A model generated the notes under the pieces. The model saw nothing but the letters and a program-made list of their open reading frames with translations, did no database searches and was not told where the DNA came from. DNA of 64,000 nucleotides, taken from positions 32,798,001 through 32,862,000 of the forward strand of contig OX597818.1 in the NCBI GenBank assembly GCA_951406725.2. The letters run 5' to 3'. Made by a program: the position numbers and the translations under genes. Position 1 is the stretch's first letter, and every line of letters begins with the position of its first letter. This document shows positions 26,261-40,007 of the stretch, piece by piece. The stretch is from Octopus vulgaris (taxonomy: Eukaryota).

Positions 26261-27001
26261 GAAAATTAGTCAAACAAAATAATGACTATATATATATATA
26301 TATATATATATGAAATTTTATTTTGAATTTGGTTCAGAGACTAAATGTTAATAACATAGACCAATATACCCCTATCTCTAACCTCCCCTCTGACAATCTT
26401 ACCTCTTCCTACCCTTCCCTACTCATCTCCATCCCCCCTCATAATATCATGACCGCCAACTAACACTCCTTTTTCACTTTCTTACACTGTTTTTCATTTT
26501 CTCTTCCTCTTTCTTTCTTTCTTTCTTATTTTTTCTCACCTTTTCCTTTGAGCTCTCTCTCTCTCTCTCTTCATTTTAACATACACTTCTCTCCTCCCCT
26601 CTCTATCCACTTAATACTACCACTACATTCTCAAATTTTCATTCACATCTCAAGACCTCTTTGAATGAACAGCTCATGGAATCTACGCCTCTAGACTTTC
26701 CATTTGAGTGTGTGGAAAATGTTTCCAAAGCACACAGAAAAGGGTAGGGTTATAATCGGTTAAAAACAATGTTTTTGGAATGCGTTGTAAAATTTCAAGT
26801 GCACAAGTCACTAAAAACGTTATGTTCAACCACTGCATCCATATTATTTCTGTGCGTCTTGACTTCATTTTTATTCAGAATCAAGTCTAATCGAGTGAAT
26901 GGGTTCATAGTTGTGCATCTTGCCTTCCCCGAAATCCAATTCATGCATATTTCTAACGTCACATAATATTATGGGCGTCATTTTATGAATAGATGAAAAC
27001 T

Positions 27002-27392
27002 GATGGATGGAAGCACTCCGTCGGTTACGACGACGAGGGTTCCGGTTGATCCGAATCAACGGAACAGCTTGCTCGTGAAATTAACGTGCAAGTGGCTGAG
27101 CACTCCACGGACACGTGTACCCTTAACGTAGTTCTCGGGGATATTCAGCTTGACACAGAGAGTGACAAGGCCGGCCCTTTGAAATACAGGTACAATAGAA
27201 ACAGGAAGTAAGAGTGAGAGAAAGTTGTGGTGAAAGAGTACAGCAGGGATTACCATCATCCCCTGCCGGAGCCTCGTGGAGCTTTAGGTATTTTCGCTCA
27301 ATAAACACTCACAACGCCCGGTCTGGGAATCGAAACCGCGATCCTATGACCGCGAGTCCGCTGCCCTAACCACTGGGCCATTGCGCCTCCAC
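27002..27392 (-). mobile_element. Full-length tRNA-derived SINE type C
   Basis: Minus strand GGAGGCGCAATGGCCCAGTGGTTAGG..GGTTTCGATTCCC head and tail ..CGTCGTCGTAACCGACGGAGTGC. TSD GATGAAAACT at 26992-27001 and 27394-27403. Confidence 0.9.
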
Positions 27393-28239
27393 GGATGAAA
27401 ACTATAGACAACTAACATTAAGGACAGAATGTGGGAGAAAATCGATTCAAGCCAATTTTAAAGAGAAAATATAGTTTGTAGAAAAATTGTAAAGAAAACA
27501 GTTTATAAATGGTCTCTGGAAGAAGTTGAATATATTGTATTTGAGTAACTTCTTCCATTTTCCATTCTAAAAGATTAGATTTTGCCAAATATTCTCAAAT
27601 AAATTATACCAGCAAATGCTTCAAGACATCAAATGTTTCAAACGATCGCAAAACAGTGAAGGTGTTATTGCATTATAAGTTAATAACATCTTTTGACCTG
27701 AGTCTAAATTCTGGTGATGTCCAGTTTTGTATTCCATTTCATATTAGTGAATAATTCAATCCGTTTGCCTACTACTAGTAAGAAAGTAGGTTATTTGTGG
27801 AATTGCCAAATGCATTTAGGCTTTGCACAGGATACAGAATCGATGATAAAGAATTTTGTCTTTTTGTTGCATGTGTGTCTATATGTCGGTGTATTTTCAA
27901 AATGTAAAAACGTAGTGTCGAATGCGAGAACAATTGAAAAACATTCAGAACTCATCTAAGTTAATTGATATCAAATAATAACCCCTGAAATGCATGAACG
28001 ATGATACTTCATACTTTTCTCTTTGACTAGTTAAAAGAAGTTATTCTATAATTGCTTCTAAAATTATGGTTCAATTTAGAATATATTATATCAATACACA
28101 TATACACGAATATGGAAAAAAAATCATAATGTCGTTATTGTTGCTATGTAGTGGAAACGCGCCTCGGCTCTGATGTGAAAGACCCATGGCATGACAGTAA
28201 CCGAAAGAATAAAAGATGTGCTTCCCTTATACGGGAAAT

Positions 28240-28720
28240 CTGGTTCCAGATATATCATATTTTTGACTGACTTTTAAACTTTTTTGTCAAAAGAGAATGC
28301 ATACTCCGTGATTAGTTACATTCTAAGCATTGATGGAAGCAATGCGAGTTTAGCGGCTGGTCCCTATGTTGCAAGTAATTAATGCAAATTGAAGACGTTT
28401 AAGAGCAGGCGTTCTTGAACGTGGCAAGTCATTGATGAACTGAGAAAGAAAGAGTGCGGGCAGGTAAAACCGAATTGTTGGGGTAAGTCGGACTTAATAC
28501 AATGTGCGAGAGACAATACTCCAACAACCGTGATATTGCGATCTAATAATATGTTGTTGATCGAAGAGATGAGAAACAGTTGAAGTTCAAAGACATGAAG
28601 TTTCGAGAGGTTTGTATGACAGACACAGTCGAATGCTGTGCTGATGTTAAGAGCGATAAAGTTATTTTCACCAAATGTCTCCAAGGCGAGAGCTCACTAT
28701 TTCGCGAGATAGAAGAGACA
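28240..28720 (-). mobile_element. Decayed LINE RT fragment (CR1/L2/Jockey group)
   Basis: FGENNFIALNISTAFDCVCH..SDLPQ.. resembles ALDISKAFDRVWH..SGVPQGS. Confidence 0.65.
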
Positions 28721-29344
28721 GACTCATACAAGTGTGGTATTCTCCCATCTGTGTACCATGTACTTACTACAAAGAACTATTACAATGCACGACACCACAC
28801 TACGCAATGCGAAGTTAGAGCGGAAACCATTGGAGGACAATATATCTATACAGAACAATGATAGAATAAACGCACAGGCAACATAATTCAGTTCAGAACA
28901 AAAATAAACATTTGATTAATGTGGCTTGAATCTAAATGACAAACTGCAAATTCCAGGTTGCGTTCTACACCGACCACATCGGGCAAGATTACTTTAAATG
29001 TACATCAACAGCAAATTATGCCCAAGAAGGACTGTGATGTTCCAGAAAAGTCGATCATATATTATTTTTCTATTCGAAATATACTGTAAAGAACTTATTG
29101 AAAATGTATTATAAAAAGACGTGTGGCAATATACGTATTTCCAAAAAAGTGTGATGACCATCATTAAAAAGAGCAGCCGAGGAGAAATGGACCGTCGAGA
29201 AAATAAAACTCAATCCCCAAGTGTTCTTTTCATTTGCAAAAAAAAAACAAAACAAAACATAAAGTCGCTGTTTCCCCTGATAGTCCTCTGGTTGGTAAGA
29301 ACAACACTCTACATGATTATGCAAAATCCATGTGTAAAATGCTG

Positions 29345-30685
29345 CAGAAACAATACTGATCTGGTTTTCGTGATGGAAGGGACTGCCTGTCTCAGCTTCT
29401 GTACCATTTTCATGACGTTTTAAAAGCTTTGGGAGAAGGGTCTAACACAGATGTCATATACCTTGATTCAGCAAGGTATTTGACAGAGAATACTGCATAA
29501 TCCTGCTAAAGAAATTGTCCAACATTGGAGTCCGTGGAAAGCTGCTGCAGTGGATAAAGTGTTTCCTGACGAACAGAACCCAACATGTTGTGCTAAAGGG
29601 AATCCGATCAAGCTCAACCAAAGTCAGTAGTGGTGTCCCACAAGGTACTGTGTTGGGCCTATTCCTCTTCCTTATCTACATTAATGACAGAGTAGACGTC
29701 ATCAAACATTGAACCCTGAAAATCTTTGTGGATGATTCCAAGCTCCAGAAGGCCATAAACGTTATGGGATAGTCGGATCTGTTTGCCGTTGTCCAGTGGA
29801 CGGAACAGAACAATATGCTTCTGAAAGAAGTTATGTTTAATTCGATCCCCTTTGGAAAAGAGGATATTCTGAAACTATCATATACATTTCCCTCGGGAGA
29901 CTTCCTAGTATCATCCAACAACACCAGAGACTTTGGTTTAATTGTTGATAACAATCTGAGCTGGAGTACCCAAGTAAACAGTAAGGTTGAATTGGCCTGC
30001 AAGATGTGCTCTGGAATTCAGAGTGAGAGATGCTCACACCATCATCCTTCTTTACTCTACTTTTGCCCGACCGCACCTTGAATGATGTTGTCCACTGTGG
30101 TCACCCCTCACAAAGCAACTTATTATAGAAGAGGAAGCACTCCAGAGGTCTATAACAAGAAAGATAGACGGCCTGACAGGTATTGACTATTGGAGTCGAC
30201 TAAAAAAAACTCAATCTCTACTCTCTCCAATGCCGCCTTGAGCGCTACATCATTTGTGTGATGTGGAAAATATTCCACCAATATTGCACAAATGATGTTG
30301 GCATTGATTTTAAAATCCACCGAAGACTTGGCTCCTGTGCTATCGGCCCACTACGAAAATCGAACTCAAGACACATAACAACATTACGTCAAAACTACTT
30401 TACCTCAACCGGTCCAGCTGTCTTTAATGTTACACCAAAATACACCAAAACTGAAACAGATCTCATAAAATTCAAAAGTTCTCTGGACAAATTTCTCAAA
30501 AAAATACGAGACCAACCTCCTACATCCTGATATGTCTCCAACAATAATAACTCTTAGCTAGAGTGGGCCATAGTGTCCCATATATGACTGAGGTGTGCAT
30601 CACAATCTAAAAGACTTCACCAGGTGGCGCTCTTAAGTTAGACATGACCTGGGCCTTTACTGGTTGAAACCTATTTAATTTATGT
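29345..30685 (+). mobile_element. 5'-truncated CR1-group LINE (RT to 3' end), decayed
   Basis: GFRDGRDCLSQLL, DVIYLD-SKVFDR, SGVPQGTVLG..LIYIND, IFVDDSKL (YADD box) and C-terminal FKSSLDKFL..DQP, followed by a short 3' UTR. Multiple stops and frameshifts. Confidence 0.88.
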
Positions 30686-31130
30686 AAGCTATATATATAT
30701 AGATAGATATAGATATGTATGTATATATGTATGTATGCATGTTTGCATTTATGTATGTGTGTGTATACACACACATACATATGCGAGTGGGTGGATGTGA
30801 GTGCACATATATGTCCATATAACTGCCTTCACATACACACAAACACATACATATACACATTGAAATTGCAACAGGATTTACAATAGGCTGTCTGAGGAAA
30901 TCTTGTTGATTTTGCTTGTTGGAGAAATTCCAGAACACAGCATGGACACAACTCATGAGTATGTAGAATGCTAAAACAGTGTTCCTTAAAGCGGGTGGCA
31001 GTCATTTAACCGGGTGCTTGGTGAGGAGAGGAAAGGAAATCAGAAAGTTTATTCTGCTTCTTTTTGTTTTTCGTTTATTTTTTCCTTCTACTTCTTCTTA
31101 AATATGTTTTGCATCTATGTGTGTCTATGC

Positions 31131-31246
<116 letters not shown>

Positions 31247-31669
31247 ACATAAACGTTTATGTTTGTGTTTTTGACAATCTTAGCCTGTTTATTTTTATTT
31301 ATTCTTCATCCCCACTAAAAAAAGAGGGAATTTGTAAAACTTGTTCATGGGAACTTAACACAGCTGTTTAAAGGTTTGAAAGACCAATCAAACATAACTT
31401 GGGGAAAAAATTAAAGAAAAAAAAACATGTTAAAAATTTTTTTTAGAAAAAAATATAAAGAATAAGGCTGGAAAGAAAAAGAATAAAATTTGAATATAAA
31501 ACATAAATAAAAAAATACACTCAAGACAAAACACAAAAATTTCTTTGCACTGCAGGTAGTAAGAGATTTAAACTTCTGTCCCTGAACATGCCAACACTTC
31601 GACATACTGGATCTGTTTGAGTGTGTAGTTTTGTGAGAGGGAGTCGCTATGTGTGTGAGTGTGTGCATG

Positions 31670-31746
<77 letters not shown>

Positions 31747-32609
31747 GATGATTTCTCTGTGTGAGTGTGTAGTGTGTATGTGTAAATGGGAGAGATAGAG
31801 AGAGAGAGAGAGAAAGAAAGAGAAACGAGAAGAGGGAGAGGGAGAGACAGAGTGAAGCATGAAGTGTGAGGTGAGTGTAAGACAGAAAGTGTGTGAGTGG
31901 CTGAGTGTGCGCGGATGTGGGGTTCGAATGAGTGACTAGGTGGGCAAAGCAGGACAAAAGAAAGTGTATATGTGCCTGTATATAAGTTAATGTGTATTAT
32001 GTATTGTGTATGTATTTGTATGTGTGGCTGAGTATACATGAGTCTGGTGAGAGAGAGAGAGAAAGAAAAGAGAGAGCGTGAATGAGTGAGTGAGAGAGAA
32101 AGGATCTATGTGTGTGTATGTGTGTGTAGTGTGCATAAAATTTGAGAGTGAAAGCTTGTACGAGTGAAAGTGTGTGAAAGAGAATGTGAGAGGAGTATAA
32201 GTGTGTGTGGACGAAGCAGAGTATGTGCATATGTGCATGTGCGTATGAGCATGTGTACATGTGTGTGTAGATATGTGGGGAAGAGAGAAACAAAGAATGA
32301 GAATGAATGTGGTAGGGAAACGAAAAGAGTAGATACATTTTTGATTGTGTATGCTTGAGTAGGCGTGAGTACGTCAGTATGCAACATAGCGAATGAGAGA
32401 GGGTGTGGATGTTTGTGTGTGTGTATGTGTGGCAGTGAGTGAGAGGAATTGGTGGGTGAGACAGAGACTGATGGTGTATGCATGTGAATATGAAGTTTGG
32501 AATTGGCTTGCTTAAAAGGGTTTGAATGGGCGTATGAAAGAATGGAGATACAGAATGAGTGACGTTGGAGAGTGGCTGAGAGTGGATGAATAGATATGTG
32601 TGAATAAGC

Positions 32610-33400
32610 ATGTGTGAGTGAGTGAATGATTGAGTGAGATTGTGTGTAAGTGTGTGAGCGAGTGAGTGAGTATGTAAGTGAATGATTGAGGGTGTATGAG
32701 TGAAAGTGTGTGTGAGTGAGTGATCGACTGAGTATGTGAGTGAGTATGTGAGTGAATGATTGAGGGTGTATGAGTGAAACTGTGTGTGAGTGAGTGAACG
32801 AGTGAGTAAGCGAGTGAGTATGTGAGTGAATGATTGAGGGTGTATGAGTGAAACTGTGTGTGAGTGAGTGACCGAATGAGTGAACGAGTGAGTATCTGAG
32901 TGAATGATTGAGGGTGTATGAGTGAAAGTGAGTGTGAGTGAGTGACCGACTGAGTGACCGAGTGAGTACGTGAGTGAATGATTCAGGGTATATGAGTGAA
33001 AGTGTGTGTGAGTGAGTATGTGAGTGAATGATTCAGGGTGTATGAGTGAGAGTGGGTGTGAGTGAGTGACCGAGTGAGTGAGTGAGTGAGTATGTGAGTG
33101 AATGATTGAGGGTGTATGAGTGAAACTGTGTGTGAGTGAGTGACCGAATGAGTGAACGAGTGAGAATCTGAGTGAATGATTGAGGGTGTATGAGTGAAAG
33201 TGAGTGTGAGTGAGTGACCGACTGAGTGACCGAGTGAGTACGTGAGTGAATGATTCAGGGTATATGAGTGAAAGTGTGTGTGAGTGAGTATGTGAGTGAA
33301 TGATTCAGGGTGTATGAGTGAGAGTGGGTGTGAGTGAGTGAGCGAGTGAGTATGTGAGTGAATGATTGAGGGTGTATAAGTGAAAGTGTGAGTGTGTGAG
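32610..33400. repeat. GAGT-derived minisatellite, about 45-65-bp monomer with a 272-bp higher-order duplication
   Basis: Recurrent GAGTGAATGATT(G/C)AGGGTGTATGAGTGAAA. Diagnostic ACCGAATGAG at 32871 and 33143. Confidence 0.88.
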
Positions 33401-34099
33401 TGAATGAATGGGTGGAGTGGAAGTATGAGTGAGAGTGTGAGTATGTGAGGGAAGGAGTGAGTAGGTGGGTGTTATTGAAAACGTGAGTAACTGAGAGGGC
33501 GAGTAAGTTAATGAATGAGCGGAGAGTTAGTGAGCAACTAAGAGAGTGGCTTAGAGAATGAGTCAGTGAGTGTAAGTTAGAGTGAGTTAGAGAGTGAGTG
33601 AACGAGCGAGCGGATGAGTGAATGAGTGAGTGAATGAGGCAAGAAGGAGCATACGAGTAAGGAAGTGAGTGTGAGTGGAGCAGAGACGAAGAGAAGCAAC
33701 TAGTATGTATATGAAAATTTGTGTGAATGTGAATATGTCAGTGTTTTGTTGTATGTAACATAAAGTGACATAAAGAATCAGCGAAGAACGAGAAAAACCG
33801 CTATATATGAGAGAGAAAGAGAAAGCGTAAGCATATATTTATATGTATGCATTTACGCTAATGTACGTGTACGTGCATATGTGTGTATGTGTACGTGTAA
33901 CCGCGTACGCATAAGGAAGTGTACAAAGGAAAACGAGAAGGCTTAAGACAGAATGAGAGAAAGAGAGAAAGTGTGTGTAGAGAGAGAAACCAATCCATAT
34001 ATGGCATATTAGTTAACTTCCTTTAACATTCTTTACCTTACTTTTTCTCTTCCCACTCGCTCTCTCTCTCTCTCTCATTCACTTTTTTTCGCAATTCAA

Positions 34100-34700
34100 T
34101 GAGATTCTTCACAAACTTTCAATTGAAGAGTATGTGTATTCTACAATTCTGTTTGGAACCATACCAAGAAACCTAAATACGAGACAGAATCCTTGCCATA
34201 TACCATTGAGTAAAAAGCACGTATTACACGAAATGTCAACCCAAAGAATACATTCAACGTTGAAAAATCTTGTTTTGATAACAGTGAGGGTTGGACATCG
34301 GAGCTGTTGGCAAGTGTACGAGCTGTTAGCAGGGGTCCATGCGCAAACGTACATCAACATAATCTGGACATGTAAAAAGAGAAAAAAAAAAAGTACATAT
34401 ATATATATATATTTCTTATTTTTTTAACAGGAGTTTCGGTAAAAGTCAGTTTTACCTAATAACAACAAAGTTCGTGATAACTCTTCGCATAATTTAGGAA
34501 GTGGTGTTCGGTAGTAAAACGGTAAGAAATCATGTATGGGAATGTAAAAAAACGGTGAAGCAGAAATATCAAAGGAATGGATCACTAGGTATAGTATATG
34601 ATAGAAATACGCTCAAACTTCATGAAAAAAAAAATATATATGTATATACTGGAGTTCCAACAGCATTTCATAACGTCATAGGTGAGTTGAACTGAAAAAA
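34100..34700 (+). mobile_element. Possible very decayed RTE-type LINE endonuclease remnant
   Basis: Weak translated resemblance only (NLVLI..ASVRAVS..; YDRNTLKL..AFHN). Confidence 0.25.
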
Positions 34701-34784
34701 ACAGACGTTGATCTGACTGGTAAACTAGGCAGATAGATAAATATATACACTAAGTACTTATAAAATGTAGATGTGTGCAGGCTT

Positions 34785-35335
34785 GTGGATTATTGATTAG
34801 GGTATTTGGCTCACGGTGGAGGCGCGTGGCTTAGTGGTTAGGGTGTCAGCGTCATGATCGTAAGATTGTGGTTTCGATTCATGGACCGGGCGACGCGTTG
34901 TGTTCTTGAGCAAAACACTTCATTTCACGTCGCTCCAGTCTACTCAGCTGGTAAAAATGAGTAACGCTGGGATGGACTGGCGTCCCGTCCAGCTGGGGAA
35001 CACATACGACGTTGAAACCGGGAAACCGGGCCCATGAGCCTGGCTAAGCTTTAAAAAAAGGGCGCATTTATTATTTTTTAAAATTTATTTGGCTCACAAC
35101 CGTAACGTCATGTGTTCGATCCCTGGCTGCATGTTTCTTCTTTGAGCAAGATACTTTATTTCACGTTACTGTAGTCCACTCTGCTGGCAAAAATGAGTAG
35201 TACCTGTAAATCAAGCGTCCAGCTTTATAACACTCTGCGTCATGTTGAATCTCCATGTGAACGTTAAGGGTACACGTGTCAGCCACTTGCACGTCAATTT
35301 CATGAGCAGGCATATCTGATGATCGAGCAGGCTTA
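34785..35335 (+). mobile_element. Old SINE type C interrupted by a younger SINE
   Basis: Head fragment 34785-34814 resumes at 35086 and continues through the B box, CORE-like domain and GTTAAGGGTACACGTGTC tail region. Confidence 0.75.
34815..35085 (+). mobile_element. SINE type D (C-like head and core, different tail)
   Basis: GGAGGCGCGTGGCTTAGTGGTTAGG head and GATGGACTGGCGTCCCGTCCAG..GAAACCGGG tail. 12-bp TSD TATTTGGCTCAC at 34803-34814 and 35086-35097. Confidence 0.88.
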
Positions 35336-35426
35336 TCTTTTCAGGCGAGGCAGAAACAGAGAGCGGCTACTTTGAGTAAACTGTTATCTGCCAGCCATAA
35401 TCTAGTTGATATTTTTCTTTTACTAA

Positions 35427-35802
35427 TTACTCTTTACTCTTTTAATTTTTTCAGTAATCTGACTGTGGCCATGCTGGAGCACCACCTTTAGTCGAGCGAA
35501 TCGATGCCAGGAATTGTTCTTTGTAAGCCTTATTCTATCGGTCTCTTTTGCCAGCATCGGTTGTCAAGCGATGGTGGAGGAGGACAAACACAGACACACA
35601 AACATATACACACACGTACATATATATGTCCATATATACGACAGGCTTCTTTCAGTTTCCGTCTACCAAATCCACTCACAAGGCTTTGGTCGGGCCGAGG
35701 CTATAGCAGAAGACACTTGCCCAAGGTGCCACGCAGTGGGACTGAACCCGGAACCATGTGGTTGGTAAGCAAGCTACTTACCACACAGCCACTCCTACGC
35801 CT
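35427..35802 (-). mobile_element. SINE type B
   Basis: Reverse complement of the type B consensus with a small internal deletion. Confidence 0.88.
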
Positions 35803-36703
35803 ATTAAAAAAAAAACTACTTTGAATTTTCGACGTTATATTGTATTTTCTTTACCTTTTATGCAAACTGTCAAGACACATTTTGCTGCACAGTAAGATCA
35901 AACTCGAAAGCACTTGGTTATGAAGTGAATTTCTTAACCACACAATCAGACGTAGAACTACATAACACAATCCAAACACTGTTTAAGCACTCAATTCAAT
36001 CTGTAAACTAATAAGGGGTTCGTCGTATGGTGCTGTTTTTAGCTGTTTTTTAATTACTTTAGCTATCTATCAACCTATTTACAATTCTATGTGTGTATGA
36101 ATGTATGTATATATGTGTGTATGTATATTCGTATCTATCTATCTATCTATCTATCTATCAAAGTTTTTAAATTGGTATGACGTCATCATGAGACAGTTGT
36201 TCTGGTTCAGAAAAATAAATTTCTAAATAGTGAAATTTGAAGGATTGCTTTGCTCTAATGGCAAAATGGACTGCACGTTCTCCTGAGGGAAAGGTGGCTC
36301 CGAGTAGCATGGGAAGCTTTCGAATTTTTATACCTAAATGGCATTTTAAAATATTTGCACGCTTTTATTTGTAGCTTTGTTTTCTTCGAGATCCGCCGTT
36401 CCAAAAGAAATTATTCAAAGTTCTCCAGAAATCTATAATTTCTTATCACCTCATCAATAAATAAATGTGTGTGTGTGTGTGCGTGTGTCTTAGGGATTTG
36501 GGTGTCGCACTCATAACATTAAGATTGTGGTTTCGATTCCTGGACCGGGTGATACATTGTGTTCTTGAGAAAAACACTTCATTTCAGGTTGCTCTAGTTC
36601 ACTTTTAGGTTACAAAAATAAGTTAGCTTTCGACGGATCAGTATCCTGTCCAGGGACATATGTGCAACAGAATACGGAAAACGAGAGAAGGATCTTTCAT
36701 CCA

Positions 36704-36762
<59 letters not shown>

Positions 36763-36899
36763 ACATATATATATATATGTATACATATGTATAGAGTGTT
36801 AGGTGATGTACAGAAATTGAATATTGCGAAAAAAGTCAGAATTTCGGAAAAAAAAATGAACACTTCAAGACTGACTTTATTACCAAGACCACACGCCTG

Positions 36900-38127
36900 G
36901 TACTAGAGGAAAATACCCAATCAACAGATAAAGGGCACGTCTATGGGTACGTGGTTTGCACCTTCCTATGCAAACTTAGTTATGGGATACTTGGATGAAA
37001 AAATTTATGAGGAAGTAGAAAAAAAAAACTTTTGATCAGGAGTACAAAAATATATCATTAAAAAGTGGAAACACTTCCTTGATGATTGCTTCATCTTCTG
37101 GGACAATTCGAATGAAGATCTGAATATATTTAACAATATAGTGAACACACTTCACCCATCCTTCAAATGCATGACAGAATCCAGTTGCAGTGAACTACCA
37201 TTTCTGGATATCTACATAAAATATAGAACTCCACAGTCACAACAGACGTATTTTACAAAAAACTAACACACCAATATTTAAATTTCTACTCTCGCCATCC
37301 ATCACAAGTCAAAGGAAACATCCCATACAGCATGGCAAGAAGCATCTGTGCTATAGTGACTGACCCCTAAATACGTGAAATCCGACTCAACGAACTCAAA
37401 GGCTTCCTCGCAATGCAGAAATACTCATCAGGATTAATTAATGATGGAATTAAAAAGGTGATGAAACTGAATATCACCCAACTACGGACACCTAAGGAAA
37501 AGGTTAATGAAAACACGATTTCGTTCATTAACACACACAGTCCTGGAATAACCAACATCTTTCACGCCATAAAATCGACCTTACCTATATTCCTAGTAAG
37601 CTCCAATATGAAAAATCTGATTGAAAAAAAATAAGAAACATATTAGGGAATAGCAGACACCAACCAAAAATCTTTAAAATACACCTCAAAAGGGCAGAAT
37701 TCAAATCAGAGAATGAATCAGTATTCTTTGTGCAGATAGGAGATGTGGAACCTGCAACAATATCAACAAATTCAAATACTTGAAAATGGGTTCCCACATA
37801 AAATTCAAGAGCGGATCCTTTTCCAAAACAAATGCAGATATGAATTGCAAAATGCAAAACCTCATATGCTGCATTACCTGCCCAAACTGCAAAGAAAATT
37901 AAGTTGGCGAAACAAATAATTCCCTCTGCCAACGTACAAGAATCCATAGGCAACATATCCGACAAGAGGAATTACGAAAGATTCCATTAAGTAAGCATCT
38001 GGAAATATGCAGCGACAGAAAATTCAAATTTTTTCTCTTTTACAAATATGCACGGGACGATCCGTAATATCGAAAAGCAATAGAACTACATTTCATCAAA
38101 AGATTCTCTACAAAATTGAATGCTTGA
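36900..38127 (+). mobile_element. Penelope-like element, RT C-terminal half plus GIY-YIG endonuclease pseudogene
   Basis: KGTSMGTWFAPSYANLVMGY, HFLDDCFIFW, ELPFLDI, YLNFYSRHP..KGNIPYSMA, RCGTC, NLICCITCPNCKEN*VGET..R..IH and ELHFIKRFSTKLNA*. Many disablements. Confidence 0.9.
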
Positions 38128-38469
38128 AAGAAAAGCAGAGACAGTACATTTTGTAAGTGTTATACTAATGTTCTCTAACGCAAAATCACGAAATTGAAAG
38201 AGATGTGATCGAAGTTACACAATATAAACATGGACATGTTCCCAAACACACACGCACAAACACGCACGCATACACACACCATACAAACACGCACATAGAC
38301 ACACGCACTCGCTCTTCATCAAGGGGTTCTCCCCAAAATTGAATGTTTGAAGGTAAAGCAGAGAATTTGAATTCTTTATTCCAAATGTGGCTCATCTCTA
38401 CAAATGCTCAGATATATATGTGTAGCATTTGGATATTTCTAGCTTTACGCGTATATATATAATGAAAAA

Positions 38470-38513
<44 letters not shown>

Positions 38514-38954
38514 GTTGATTGATCTTTTCAAATTGTTAATTTGCAAATATTATACTAATGTCTTTTCATGCAGAACTACATTTCATCAGAAAAATTCCCT
38601 CTAAAAATGAATGTTTGGAAGGAGTGACAGTACAGTTTGTATTCTAAATATTACTCAAAGAGGAGAAAAAGAAAGAAAGAGGGAAATAGAAAAAAAAAGG
38701 GGGAAGAGAGAGAAAGAAAGCAAAATGACTTTCAGTGATGACCAAACTGCACCTGTTCTTTTCTTTCTTTTTTTGAAGTGGTCACCATCCTTAAACCCAT
38801 TCAAATACAATGTTAAAGGACTAAATAAATAACTAAATGAATGAATGGTGAATAGGAAGAGGGATACCTCTTCTCTCTCTCTCTCTCCCTCTAACTACCT
38901 ATCCATCCGTCTGACTGTCTATCTATCAGCCTATCTACCTACATATTATTCTTA

Positions 38955-39184
38955 TATCTTTACTACCCACAAGGGGCTACACACAGAGGGGGCAAACAAG
39001 GACAGACAAACGGATTAAGTCGATTACATCGACTCCAGTGCGTAACTGGTACTTATTTAATCGAACCCGAAAGAATGAAAGGCAAAGTCGACCTCGGCGG
39101 AATTTGAACTCAGAACGTAGCGGCAGACGAAATACTGCTAAGAATTTCGCCCGGCGTGCTAACGTTTCTGCTAGCTCGCCGCCT
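38955..39184 (-). mobile_element. SINE type A
   Basis: Full-length reverse-complement copy. Confidence 0.9.
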
Positions 39185-39484
39185 TCACCTGCCTATATTT
39201 CTATCTATCCATCTCCATTGTCATGGAACCTCACCCCCCAAAAAAATGTAAACTATGTTCTCATCTAAACAACGCCCCCCCGCCCCTGCAAAAAAACATC
39301 TGTTTTATATAAAAGATCAAGCTGTTTGTACATTCACAAAATTTTATTTGACAAGTTCGAGAAAGGAACGAAAGCGCTATATAATAACAAAGAAATAAGA
39401 AGATTATTTCCAAAATTCTGACGAGATTTTTCTCAAAATATCTTTATCCCTCATTCTATATATTGTTACCTATCCTTATACAAT

Positions 39485-39878
39485 GTCCTACGAAGAAAGG
39501 CTGAGGACGCTCGACCTTTATTCTCTTGAAAAACGCCGCCGCCGTGGTGATCTCATTCTCGCCCACAACATCATAAGCGGAAAGTGTAACCTCTCGAAAG
39601 AGCTGTTCTTCACTCCTGCTCCAGAGCGTCGGCTGCGGGGGTCACTTCCGAAAAGCTCTACCTGCGACGATTTCATCTCAATCGAAGGAGAGGAGCTTTC
39701 TCCGTCCGGGTTGCGGATCCGTGGAACAAGCTGCCAGACGAGATGGTGAAGATGCCGACGACCGCTTTGTTCAAAGCCTCCCTGGACCTCAAGTGGCCTG
39801 AACTCTTTACATGAACACCACACTGTACTTAACTCCATGTCCCCCTACATGGCCTTGCTATTTGCTTTTGAGCCAAAT

Positions 39879-39910
<32 letters not shown>
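39485..39910 (+). mobile_element. Relatively young 5'-truncated CR1-group LINE 3' end with (TAAC)n tail
   Basis: SYEERLRTLDLYSLEKRRRRGDLI..RLRG[frameshift]..FSVRVADPWNKLP..FKASLD, stop at 39812-39814. GC-rich and CpG-retaining; tandem TAAC tail. Confidence 0.9.
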
Positions 39911-39942
39911 AATTCTTTCTCTCTTGCTCTCCCTATATATAC

Positions 39943-40007
<65 letters not shown>

